Both the position numbers and the translations under genes were made by a program. Positions 8,103 to 18,662 of a stretch of DNA of 24,188 bases are shown one piece after another. The stretch lies in the NCBI GenBank assembly GCA_035762175.1, contig DASTPP010000381.1, positions 1 to 24,188 on the forward strand, written 5' to 3'. This stretch comes from Polyangiaceae bacterium (lineage in GTDB: Bacteria; Myxococcota_A; Polyangia; Polyangiales; Polyangiaceae). Position 1 is the stretch's first letter, and each line of letters begins with the position of its first letter. The notes beneath the pieces were generated by a model. It was not told the origin of the DNA, searched no databases, and saw only the letters and a program-made list of their open reading frames with translations.

Positions 8103-9026
8103 ATGGTTTGGCGATGGAAGGCAGCGGGCGTCGGGGGCGCGGTCGTGGCGGCCGCGATCGCCCTGCGCGCCGGCGGGGCCGGGGGCGTCGAGCGGGCGCG
8201 CGAGGCGAGGGGGGCGCCGGCCGACGTCGTGCCGCCGCCGCCGGCGCCCGCGGCGCCCGCCGACGCGGGCCCGGCGGTGACGTTCCCGGGCGTGGTGGTG
8301 GCGCGTCGGTCGGCGCAGATCGCGGCCGGGCGCGAGGGGCGGCTCGCGGCGGTGTACGTGCGGCCCGGCGACCGGGTGCCGGCGGGCGGACGCATCGGCT
8401 CGCTCGACGCGCGGGGGGCGGGCTACGACGCGAAGGCGGCCGAGGCCGCCTGGAAGACCGCGCGGCTCGCGGCCGAGGGGGCCGCGGTCGAGGCGGCCGA
8501 GGCGGCGGCGAGCGCGCGCCGGGTGCGGGCGCTCGCGGACGAGAAGCTGGCCGCCGACGAAGATCTGTCGCGGGCGACGTATCAAGAAAGCGCGGCGAAG
8601 CTCCGGGCCGAGACGGCGGGCGCGCAGGCGGGCGAGCGGCGCGTGCGCTTCGAGCAGCTCGCCCAGGCGGCGCGCGACGCCGAGATCGTCGCGCCCTTCG
8701 AGGGCGTCGTGGCCGCGCGCTACGCCGACCCGGGCGCCGTCGTGACGGCGTCGACGCCGGTCGTGCGGCTCATCAGCGCCGACGATCGGGTCGTGCGGTT
8801 CGCCGTCGCCGAGTCCCACGCCGGGCAGGCGCGCGTCGGGCGGCCGGTGCGGGTGGCCCGCGGAGCGGGCGGGGCGGCGGTCGGGGGCGTGGTCGAGAGC
8901 GTCGCGCCCGAGATCGACCCCTCGTCGCGGACGCTGGTGGCCGAGGCGCGCCTCGACGCCGCCCCGGACGGGGGCGCGGCGCCGACGGCGGGCGAGGTGG
9001 TGCGGGTGTCGTGGGGGGCGCCGTGA
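8103..9026 (+). CDS. HlyD/membrane-fusion-protein family periplasmic adaptor (RND/MacA-like)
   Basis: Frame of ORF 7413..9026, with the ATG at 8103 (the upstream part overlaps the ATP-grasp gene). N-terminal TM anchor GVGGAVVAAAIAL. Lipoyl-like hairpin GRLAAVYVRPGDRVPAGGRIGSLD, an Ala-rich coiled coil, then IVAPFEGVVAARYADPGAVV, which is typical of adaptor proteins. Confidence 0.8.
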   Translation: MVWRWKAAGVGGAVVAAAIALRAGGAGGVERAREARGAPADVVPPPPAPAAPADAGPAVTFPGVVVARRSAQIAAGREGRLAAVYVRPGDRVPAGGRIGSLDARGAGYDAKAAEAAWKTARLAAEGAAVEAAEAAASARRVRALADEKLAADEDLSRATYQESAAKLRAETAGAQAGERRVRFEQLAQAARDAEIVAPFEGVVAARYADPGAVVTASTPVVRLISADDRVVRFAVAESHAGQARVGRPVRVARGAGGAAVGGVVESVAPEIDPSSRTLVAEARLDAAPDGGAAPTAGEVVRVSWGAP

Positions 9027-9039
9027 GGGGCGGGTGGCC

Positions 9040-9974
9040 ATGAGCGTGACGAAGATTTATCGGGCGGCGGCGCTCGCGCACGCCGACGTGCGGCGCCGCG
9101 AAGAGAATGTCTTGCGGCTGTCGCCCGCCTGGACGCGCTGGGCCTACTGGGTGGTCGTCGCGGCGCTCGGGGCCGCGGCGGCGTTCGGCCTGCTCGCGAC
9201 GGTCTACGAGTACGCCGGCGGCCCGGCGGTGGTCTGGGCGAGCGGGCGCGAGGACGTGACGTCGGCCGTCGCGGGCACGATCGCCTCGGTCGAGGTGCAG
9301 CCGGGCCAGCACGTCGACGCCGGGCAGGTGCTGGTGCGGCTGCACGCCGGGCGCGAGCGCGCCGAGCTCGAGGGGGCCGAGCGCGAGTTCGAGGCCGAGC
9401 TCGTCAAGACGCTGCGCGACCCGGCCGACGGGGCGGCGCGCCAGGCGCTCGCGGCGCTCCGGGCGAAGCGCGACCTGGCCGCGGCGCGGCTCGCCGAGCT
9501 GTCGCTGCGGGCGCCGCGGGCCGGGGTGGTGGGCGATCTGCGCCTGCGCCCGGGCCAGCCGCTCGCGGCCGGCGACGCCGCGCTGACGCTCACGTTCGAC
9601 GACGCCCGTTGCGCGGTGGTCGCGGTGTTGCCCGGGCAGCACCGCCCCCACCTGCGGCCCGGGCTGCCGCTGCGGTTCGAGGTGGCGGGCTACCGCCGCG
9701 CGCACCGCGACCTCGCGATCGACGCGGTCGAGGGGCAGGTCGTCGGGCCGGCCGAGGTGCGGCGGGCGCTCGGGCAGAGCGTCGCCGACACGATCAAGGT
9801 CGAGGGCCCGGTCAACCTCGTGCGGGCGGCGCTGCCCTCGTGCGACTTCGAGGCCGACGGCGAGAGGCTGCCCCTCTACCACGGCATGGGGGGCCGCGCC
9901 GAGGCGAGGGTCAGGCCCGAGCGCGCCGTCTTTGCCTTCGCGCCGGCGCTGCGGGCGGTCTTCGGGGGCGGGCC

Positions 9975-9978
<4 letters not shown>
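9040..9978 (+). CDS. HlyD-family bacteriocin/peptide secretion accessory protein
   Basis: Frame of ORF 9034..9978, with the ATG at 9040, 13 nt after the previous stop. TM helix WAYWVVVAALGAAAAFGLLA. Lipoyl-like GTIASVEVQPGQHVDAGQVLVRL, a coiled coil, and LRAPRAGVVGDLRLRPGQPL. Its stop overlaps the next start (GTGA at 9975-9978). Confidence 0.8.
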
Positions 9979-12197
<2,219 letters not shown>

Positions 12198-12204
12198 GCC
12201 CCGC

Positions 12205-12540
12205 CATGTGCGCGATCGCCTCGCCGAGGGCGAGGCGAGACCCAGGAGGGCCGCCGACCGCGAGCTTGGCCGTTGCCTCGCCAAGGACGGCCGAACGTCT
12301 TGATCGCCGAGGCCTTGGGCGTCACCGAAGCGGCCGCCAGCCAGTGGCTGACGCGCGCGGCGCGCGACGGCCTGCAGGCGCTGCGCTCGCGGTCGCGACG
12401 GCCGCCGTGCCGCCATGACCTCGACGCTGCTTCCGCTCGCCCCTCGGGCCGTGGGGGCCAATCGTGACTTCTGGCCCATTGCCCGGCCCGCTCGGGGGGG
12501 GTACCCCATCGAGCATGACCGAGAGCCGCTTCACGCCCCC
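12205..12540 (+). pseudogene. Degraded IS630-family-like transposase N-terminal (HTH) remnant
   Basis: RELGRCLAKDGR in one frame continues after a 1-nt shift as NVLIAEALGVTEAAASQWLTRAARDGLQALRSRSRRP (frame of ORF 12273..12467). This resembles the HTH region of IS630/Tc1-type transposases (..AEG.S...IAE.LGVS...VS.W..R....GL.AL..R.R.G). Further shifted fragments follow, with no DDE domain. The family assignment is from memory only. Confidence 0.45.
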
Positions 12541-12578
12541 CCTCGCACGCGCCGCGCCCTCGGGCGCGCCCTGACGCC

Positions 12579-13037
12579 GTGCCGACCTTCACGCTTCGCA
12601 TCAACGGCGCCGACCGCGAGGTGACCGCGAGCGACGAGATGCCCCTGCTCTGGGTGCTGCGCGATCGGCTCGGGCTGACGGGCACCAAGTACGGCTGCGG
12701 CATGGCCCTCTGCGGGGCGTGCACGGTGCTCGTCGGCGACGAGCCCGTCCGGTCGTGCGTCGCGCCCGCGTCTTCGCTGCGCGGCCAGGCGATCACGACG
12801 ATCGAGGGCCTGTCGCCCGACCGATCGCACCCGGTGCAGCGGGCGTGGGCGGCCGAAGACGTGCCGCAGTGCGGCTATTGCCAGTCGGGCCAGATCATGA
12901 GCGCGGTGGCCCTGTTGCGGAGGGTGCCGCGCCCGAGCGACGCCGACATCGACACGGCCATGGCCGGCAACCTCTGCCGGTGCGGCACGTACGGCCGAAT
13001 TCGCAAGGCGATCGTACGGGCGAGCGGGCGGCCGTGA
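12579..13037 (+). CDS. (2Fe-2S)-binding small subunit of a molybdenum hydroxylase (IorA / aldehyde oxidoreductase alpha-like)
   Basis: ORF 12579..13037 (GTG start). Both [2Fe-2S] Cys clusters are present: [13 protein letters not shown] and [11 protein letters not shown]...CRCGTY. Translationally coupled to the next gene. Confidence 0.9.
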   Translation: MPTFTLRINGADREVTASDEMPLLWVLRDRLGLTGTKYGCGMALCGACTVLVGDEPVRSCVAPASSLRGQAITTIEGLSPDRSHPVQRAWAAEDVPQCGYCQSGQIMSAVALLRRVPRPSDADIDTAMAGNLCRCGTYGRIRKAIVRASGRP

Positions 13038-15145
13038 GCGACCTGCGCCGGCGCTCGTTCTTGGTCGTCGCCGCGTCGGCGGCGGGCGCGCTTCTCTGGG
13101 CCCGGGCCCGGGGGCGCCTCGGCGGCGGCATGCGCGCCGGGCGCGAGCTCCACCCGCTCGTCTCGATCGCGAGCGACGGGGCCGTCACCGTCGTGGTGGC
13201 GCGCACCGAGATGGGGCAGGGGGTGACGACGGCGCTGCCGATGTTGCTGGCCGAAGAGCTCGACGTCGACTGGGCGCGCGTGGCGGTCGAACACGAGCGC
13301 TTCGACCCGCGGCACGGCGGGCAGAAGACGACCGCGAGCTTCAGCGTCTACGACGGCTGGGATCGCTACCGCAAGGCCGGCGCGACGGCGCGCGCGCTGC
13401 TCGTCGGGGCCGCGGCCGCGCGCTGGGGCGTGCCGGCCGAGCGGCTGCGCACCGAGGCCGGCTTCGTGCTCGGCGAGGGGGGGCGGCGCGCGAGCTACGG
13501 CGATCTCGTCGACGAGGCCGCCGCGCTGCCCGCCCCGGCCGACGTCGCGCCCGACGACCGCCGTCCGCCCCGCGTCGTCGGCCGGCCGCTGCCGCGCCTC
13601 GACACGGCGTCGAAGATCGACGGCAGCGCGAGGTTCGGCCTCGACGTGCGGGTCGACGGCATGCTGATCGCGTGCGTCGCCCGGGCGCCGAGGGCCGGCG
13701 CCGTCGCGGCGCGCTACGACGCCGAGGCGGCGAAGCGGGTCGAGGGCGTGCGGCACGTGGCGCCGATCACGTCGGGCGTCGCCGTGCTCGCCGACGACAC
13801 CTGGGCGGCCCGGCGGGGCGTCGAGGCGCTCGGCGTCGTGTGGGAGGGCGGCGCGAGGGGGGGCTCGGCCGAGCACGCCGCCCGGCTCGCGAGCGAGCTC
13901 GGGCTGCCGCCGAAGGTCGTGGCGAGCCGTGGCGACGTCGACGCCGCGCTCTCGGCCGGGGGGCGCCGTCTCGCCGCGACGTACTCGGTGCCCTTCGTGC
14001 CGCACGCGACGATGGAGCCGGTCAACGCGACCGCGCACGTCGAGCGCGGCCGTTGCACCATCTGGGCCCCGACCCAAGACCCGGGGCGCAACCGCGCCTA
14101 CGCCGCCAAGCTGCTCGGCGTGCCCGAAGGGGCGGTCGAGGTCCGCCGGACGCTGGCCGGCGGGGGGTTCGGCCGCAAAAGCTGCCAGGACTTCATTCAC
14201 GACGCGGTCGAGGCGTCGCGCGCGGTCGGCCGCCCGGTGCAGGTCGTCTACACGCGCGAAGACGACCTGCGCCACGACTACTTCCGGCCGGCCTTCGCGC
14301 ACCGGCTCGAGGGCGCCGTCGCGGGCGGCAAGATCGTCGCCTGGGACCACCGCCTCGTGGGCCCCTCGGTGCTCGCGAGCTGGTCTCCCGAGGGGGCGCC
14401 GGCGCCCGGCGAGATCGACCCGGTCTCGATCGCCGGCGCCGAAGAGCTGCCCTACGACGTGCCGAACTTTCGCGCGGGCGCGCGCATGGTCGACCTCGGC
14501 GTTCGCGTCGGCATCTGGCGCTCGATCGCGCACTCGTACACCTGCTTCGCCAACGAGTCGTTCTTCGACGAGCTCGCCGCCCTCGCGGAGAAAGACCCGC
14601 TCGAGTGGCGGCTCGCGCACCTCACCGCCCCTCGCCCGAGGCGCGTGCTCGAGCTCGTCGCCGAGAAGGCCGGCTGGCAGCGTCGCTCGGGCCGCCCGCT
14701 CGGCGTCGCCCTCGAGGTCGAGGCAGACGAAAGCTACTCGGTCCAGGTCGCCCACGTCGTCGAGCTCGAGCCGGGGGCCGACGGCTCGTTCGCGATCGCG
14801 CGCATCGTCGTCGCCGTCGACGCCGGCCGCATCGTCAACCCGAACATCGCGGCGGCCCAGATCGAAGGCGGCGCGGTGTGGGCCCTCTCGGCGCTGTTTC
14901 ATGAGATCACGTTCGCCGACGGGGCCGCCGTGCAAAGCAACTTTCACGACGCCCCCGTCCTGCGAATGCCCCAGACGCCGCGCGTCGAAGTTCACTTCGT
15001 CGACTCGACCGCGCGCCCGTCGGGGCTGGGCGAGAAGGGCGTGCCGTCGCTGGGCCCGGCGCTCGCGAACGCGCTCGCGGCGGCGACCGGGCGCCGGGTC
15101 CGCGCGCTGCCCATTCGCCCGGCCGACCTGCGGCAGACCACCTGA
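13034..15145 (+). CDS. Molybdopterin-binding large subunit of xanthine dehydrogenase family oxidoreductase (IorB-like), Tat-signal type N-terminus
   Basis: Frame of ORF 12719..15145. The GTG at 13034 overlaps the IorA stop (GTGA). N-terminus [21 protein letters not shown] is twin-arginine-like. Family-typical blocks: [47 protein letters not shown]. Confidence 0.9.
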   Translation: MSDLRRRSFLVVAASAAGALLWARARGRLGGGMRAGRELHPLVSIASDGAVTVVVARTEMGQGVTTALPMLLAEELDVDWARVAVEHERFDPRHGGQKTTASFSVYDGWDRYRKAGATARALLVGAAAARWGVPAERLRTEAGFVLGEGGRRASYGDLVDEAAALPAPADVAPDDRRPPRVVGRPLPRLDTASKIDGSARFGLDVRVDGMLIACVARAPRAGAVAARYDAEAAKRVEGVRHVAPITSGVAVLADDTWAARRGVEALGVVWEGGARGGSAEHAARLASELGLPPKVVASRGDVDAALSAGGRRLAATYSVPFVPHATMEPVNATAHVERGRCTIWAPTQDPGRNRAYAAKLLGVPEGAVEVRRTLAGGGFGRKSCQDFIHDAVEASRAVGRPVQVVYTREDDLRHDYFRPAFAHRLEGAVAGGKIVAWDHRLVGPSVLASWSPEGAPAPGEIDPVSIAGAEELPYDVPNFRAGARMVDLGVRVGIWRSIAHSYTCFANESFFDELAALAEKDPLEWRLAHLTAPRPRRVLELVAEKAGWQRRSGRPLGVALEVEADESYSVQVAHVVELEPGADGSFAIARIVVAVDAGRIVNPNIAAAQIEGGAVWALSALFHEITFADGAAVQSNFHDAPVLRMPQTPRVEVHFVDSTARPSGLGEKGVPSLGPALANALAAATGRRVRALPIRPADLRQTT

Positions 15146-15159
15146 ACGATCGCCTCGAG

Positions 15160-15435
15160 CGGTCGCCCACTCGGGGCGGGCGAAGGGCCGTCGTCGCGAC
15201 GATGCGGGTACGAGACGGGGCCCTCACGTACACGGTCAGCCGTGGCGGCAAGGGCATGCTCGTCGACTCGGGGCTGGGCCTCGACCTCGAGGGGCTCGGG
15301 CCCCTCGGCCTCGGCGTATAGATCGTCGCCGTCGAGCGCCGCTCTGAAGACCAAACGTGGAACCCCGTGTGGGGCGCCAGCTCGGAGATCCGCGAGCGCT
15401 ACGACGAGATGGTCGTCCGCCTCGAACGCGGCGCG
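15160..15435 (+). pseudogene. Glycoside hydrolase family 97-like N-terminal fragment with in-frame stop
   Basis: One frame reads SPTRGGRRAVVATMRVRDGALTYTVSRGGKGMLVDSGLGLDLEGLGPLGLGV*IVAVERRSEDQTWNPVWGASSEIRERYDEMVVRLERG. The LTYxVS..GK.vl..S.LGL and DETW.PVWGE..EIRN.YNE..V.L blocks match my recollection of GH97 (SusB-like) N-termini. TAG at 15319-15321. GC3 is high in this frame, and nothing GH97-like follows 15435. Confidence 0.55.
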
Positions 15436-15820
15436 CTGAGCCGGGCGCCGCCCGCCGCCGCGGGGCGCGTGAAGGCGAGCGCACCGAGCAGCGCGAGGGC
15501 CGGAGGCTGGAGGGTGCGAAGGGTGCTCGTGGCGAGGCGCATGGCCCATTGGGCGGCTCGCGCGGGGCTCCCGCAAGCTCGCGCGCTGGCCCTCGGTGCG
15601 CCGGAGCTTGCACGATCTGCGAACCAGGTTCTCTACATTCTCCACTTACGCCGGGCGGGCCCAGGCGCTACGCATGGGGGCGGGCAATGACCTTTGCCCT
15701 CGACGAGGTACCCATGGCACCCGAATTCCTAACGAACCGACCTCCGTACCACGTTCGGCCGACGGCGCCGGCCAAGCCCGCCGCCGTCGAGGCGCGCCCG
15801 GGCGCGCGAGGGGGTGCGCC

Positions 15821-16735
15821 GTGACGGCGGCCGAGGGGGCGAAGCGTATCGCCGTCGTCGGCGCTTCCGGCGCGCAGGGCGCCGGCGTCGTCGGCGCGCT
15901 CAAGGCCCGCCCGGGCTTCGCCGTCCGCGCCATCACGCGCAAGCCGAGCGCATACCGCGGCCCCGCCGACGAGGTCGTCGAGGCCGACCTGACGAAGCCC
16001 GAGACTCTCGGGCGCGCGTTCGAGGGCGCCGACGGCGTCTTTGTGGTGACCAACTTCTGGGAGAAGTCCGGCGCCTCCGAGCAAGAGCAGGCCCGCGCCG
16101 CCGTGCGCGCCGCCGCCGCCGCCGGCGTCCGGCACTTCGTCTGGTCGACGCTGCCTGACGTGCACGCCATCTCGGGCGGCCGCTTCGAGGTGCCCCACTT
16201 CACGGGCAAGGCCGAGGTCGACGCCGACGTCGCGGCGGCGGGCTTCCCGGCGTACACCTTCGTCGAGGCCCCCTTCTACTTCCAGAACCTCACCGGCGCC
16301 ATGGCGCCCCAGACCCGCCCCGACGGCACCAAGGTCTGGGGCCTGCCGCTCGACCCCGCCGCCCGCTGCATCCACGTCGGCGACATCGCCGACCTCGGCA
16401 AGGTCGTCGCGGGCGCCTTCGAGCGGCCCGACCAGGTCGGCCGCGGACAGCACCTCGCGCTCGCCGCCGCCCTCACCAGCTTCGACGAGATCGTCGCCAC
16501 GCTCCGGGCGCAGGGCCACAAGGTCGGCTTCGAGCAGGTGCCCGACGAGGTCTTCGCGACGTTCTTTCCGGGCGCCGAAGAGATGGTGGCGATGTGCCGC
16601 TATTGGCAGCAGTACACATATTTCGGCCCCGACGCCGAGGCGAAGATCGCCCTCGCGCGGGCCGTCGCGACGGGGCCGTTCGTTTTGTTTGCCGATTGGG
16701 CTCGCCAAGCGATGCCCGTTGCAACCGGGGCGTAA
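15821..16735 (+). CDS. NmrA-family NAD(P)-binding protein
   Basis: Frame of ORF 15596..16735. The GTG at 15821 is preceded by GAGGGGG (15808-15814). Rossmann motif IAVVGASGAQG at residues 10-20. NmrA-like blocks GADGVFVVTNFWE, HFVWSTLPD, VPHFTGKAEVD. Confidence 0.85.
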   Translation: MTAAEGAKRIAVVGASGAQGAGVVGALKARPGFAVRAITRKPSAYRGPADEVVEADLTKPETLGRAFEGADGVFVVTNFWEKSGASEQEQARAAVRAAAAAGVRHFVWSTLPDVHAISGGRFEVPHFTGKAEVDADVAAAGFPAYTFVEAPFYFQNLTGAMAPQTRPDGTKVWGLPLDPAARCIHVGDIADLGKVVAGAFERPDQVGRGQHLALAAALTSFDEIVATLRAQGHKVGFEQVPDEVFATFFPGAEEMVAMCRYWQQYTYFGPDAEAKIALARAVATGPFVLFADWARQAMPVATGA

Positions 16736-17256
16736 CAAGACAACCGAGCTGAACCGCCTCGCCGCCCGCCGCGAGCGAGATCGACCCCGGGGGCGAAGGT
16801 TCGACATCATCGACGAGGTGCCCGTGCGGGGCCTGACCCGGGCCGACTTTTTCGGCATTCGGCGGGCTTTCCGCTGACAACGGAAGAGACGGCGGCCCGG
16901 CGCCTGGGCCGACGCGAACGAGCCGGGCCGACGCGCGCGGGCGCCCGGCCGAGCCCCCGTTGAATTGCCTAAACCTCCACCGAGCCCTGCGCCATTTTTG
17001 TTGATAATGGAAGAGGCAGCCGAAGCGTCATCCGCTCGAGCACCGTCGGTGGGCGAGGGGCGGGTGGCGAGCGCGAACTTCAACCGCAACGGAAGCGCGG
17101 GCCGCCCCCACCCCGGCGTGGGAGTCCGTCAAGGGGGCGATCCGAGGCAGAGTTGCTTTTGATAATTGCGATTGCGTCGGCGTGCCCTTTGACCCCTTTT
17201 CAGATTCGTTGAACCCGCGTCTCTATATAAATAGTGTTCGCCCTCGGGCATCGGGC

Positions 17257-17268
17257 GACAATATTGTC
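17257..17268. promoter_or_regulatory. Perfect 12-bp palindrome GACAATATTGTC downstream of an AT-rich TATATAAATA patch
   Basis: GACAATATTGTC at 17257-17268. TTGAAC (17209-17214), a 17-nt spacer, then TAGTGT (17232-17237), which overlaps TATATAAATA (17224-17233). No convincing gene lies downstream. Confidence 0.25.
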
Positions 17269-17688
17269 ACAGTGGGGCAAAACGCGACTGCCGGGCCGCG
17301 CGCGTGGGGTCACGAGCAAGCTAGGGCAGGCACTTTATTGGCCCTGATGAAGTCCGGCGTGCCGACGACGCGTTGCGTCGTTCGTGCGACAGGCGAGCCG
17401 GTGCGGCGCTCAGGCCGTCGGCCCGAATCGTCGCAGAGGGCAGGCGCCGTCGACGTCTGGCGCGTCGGCGTCAGGCCGTCGCACCTTCTTTGCGAGCGCA
17501 ACGAATCGAACTTTCATCAAACTAAAATTCAAGACGGCGACCGTGCTTGAATTCGTCGATCCCGTCGCGGTCGACGGGCTAGTGCTGCGGCCCTGAAGTT
17601 TCGATCGGGTTCGAGTGGGGCCGCAGCCCTAGAGATTGCCTGGTAAAACCGTGCTCAGGCGCCCTGAAACCAGGCTGCCTGAGCACTC

Positions 17689-17848
17689 GGCTCTGTCGGG
17701 CGAATGCCCCCGTCGCCCGGCGGCCGAGCCGCGGCGCACTCGAGGCCGGCGGGGCGCTTGAAATCCGGGCGGGTTCCGGCGCGCTCCGCCGGCGCCGAAC
17801 GCTGGCGCCGCGGCCGCCGCGCTCGGCCCGCATTCGCCAGACAAAGCC
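17689..17848. repeat. 160-bp MITE-like element with 19-bp imperfect terminal inverted repeats
   Basis: GGCTCTGTCGGGCGAATGC (17689-17707) versus the reverse complement of 17830-17848, GGCTTTGTCTGGCGAATGC (17/19). It is the same family as 347-422 and has no coding capacity. Confidence 0.6.
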
Positions 17849-17952
17849 TCGAGCGCTGACCGTCAAATACCCGACGTCGGGCATTTTGCGGTCAAGCGTC
17901 TCTCGCTTCGAGCCATTCCGAGAGCGCCGAACGGGTTTTCCCGGTCGGCGTT

Positions 17953-18058
17953 CTAGAGCGGGGCGCGCGTGCGGGGGTGCCAAGCGCAAGGCTTTGATAG
18001 CCAATTTCGGCTGCTGAAGCGCCGTTCGGGGCCCATCGATGGGCGCGCCCCGCTCTAG
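17953..18058. repeat. 106-bp element bounded by a perfect 16-bp inverted repeat
   Basis: CTAGAGCGGGGCGCGC (17953-17968) and GCGCGCCCCGCTCTAG (18043-18058), separated by 74 nt. The interior includes CTTTGATAGCCAATTTCGGCTGCTGAAGCGCC. Confidence 0.7.
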
Positions 18059-18500
18059 GCGAAATGCGGGCGCGGCATTCACGACCACGAACGTAGTACT
18101 GCGCCTCCCGTGTACGACGCGCCCGGCCGGTCGCTTCCGGAGTCAGGGGGGCGCCGGGCGGCGCTCTTGCATGGGGCGAGCGGGCCCGGCCCTCTGCCGC
18201 TTCGGCCCGGCGCGGGGGGGGCCCCGGCGGGGGGGGGGTGATTCAAATCCAATTAGCCCGAGGGGGGCTTCGCGGGGGGGCGTGCGCGGCGTCGTCGCCA
18301 GGCTCGGCACCTCAGAATAAGCAGGCGACTGCGGGCGAGTTTCTGTGCGCGAGACGTCATTGACACCAGGTGCAAATTAGAAAACGGTGCTACAGTGCCA
18401 TGGTGGGCTTGGGGGCCCCCGGCGCGCCGAGCGGGCGATACTCCCAGCGCTTCGAGCGGCGTGTCGTTCGAGGCGGGCGCGGGCGCGGGCACCACGCCTG

Positions 18501-18662
18501 GTGTTGGTTGGTTTCGGTGACTTTCGCGTTTGGCAACGCGGGCCCGGCATTGGTTTCGATAGCTTTCGGCAGCGTAAGCCCCGACACTAGTTTTGATAGT
18601 TTTCGGCGGCGTAAGCCTCGGCATTGGTTTCGATAGCTTTCGTTTTCGGTAACGTAAGACCC
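18501..18662. repeat. Four tandem 37-45-nt units (GGCATTGGTTTCGATAGCTTTCGGCAGCGTAAGCCCC-like) with phased TTTCG pentamers
   Basis: Units at 18501-18545, 18546-18582, 18583-18619 and 18620-18662. TTT(C/T)G pentamers start at 18512/18522, 18554/18564, 18591/18601 and 18628/18638(/18644). The spacing is 10 nt within units and 37 nt between units. Confidence 0.85.

Noticed and set aside
12875-15347. ORFs 12875..14995 (-), 13672..14904 (+) and 13929..15347 (+) over the IorB gene
   Set aside because: These are out-of-frame artefacts with low-complexity Arg/Ala/Pro/Ser translations. The 13034..15145 frame carries the molybdopterin-subunit motifs.
14992-15645. 217-aa minus-strand ORF spanning the IorB 3' end and the GH97 fragment
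   Set aside because: It is the codon-aligned antisense of the GH97-like plus-strand frame and has clearly lower GC3 than that frame. It overlaps the IorB stop region and has no motifs.
15668-17089. 473-aa minus-strand ORF antisense to the NmrA-like gene
   Set aside because: It is an antisense artefact (Gly/Ala/Arg/Asp-rich). The plus-strand frame has the Rossmann and NmrA motifs.
17310-17370. CTAGGGCAGGC...GATGAAGTCCGGCGTGCC, reminiscent of the RNase P RNA conserved AAGUCCGGGC / AUAGGGCAGG elements
   Set aside because: The elements are in the wrong order and context for RNase P RNA. The other universally conserved regions are not present nearby.
18238-18265. GGTGATTCAAATCCAATTAGCCC, which resembles a tRNA T-loop (GGTTCAAATCC) and could be a tRNA or att-site remnant
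   Set aside because: The flanking bases cannot form a T-stem or acceptor stem, and no D or anticodon arm lies upstream. A decayed tRNA 3' fragment is the most it could be, and I cannot support that.
18360-18396. Perfect TTGACA hexamer (18360-18365) as a -35 box, with ORF 18370..18636 downstream
   Set aside because: There is no acceptable -10 hexamer at 16-18 nt spacing. The downstream ORF runs through the tandem repeat array and translates to low-complexity sequence.
18501-18662. Possibility that the tandem units (or those at 6619-6702, 5038-5120 and 2-88) are CRISPR arrays
   Set aside because: The units are directly contiguous with no unique spacers. There are only 2-4 copies, and no cas genes are in the window.
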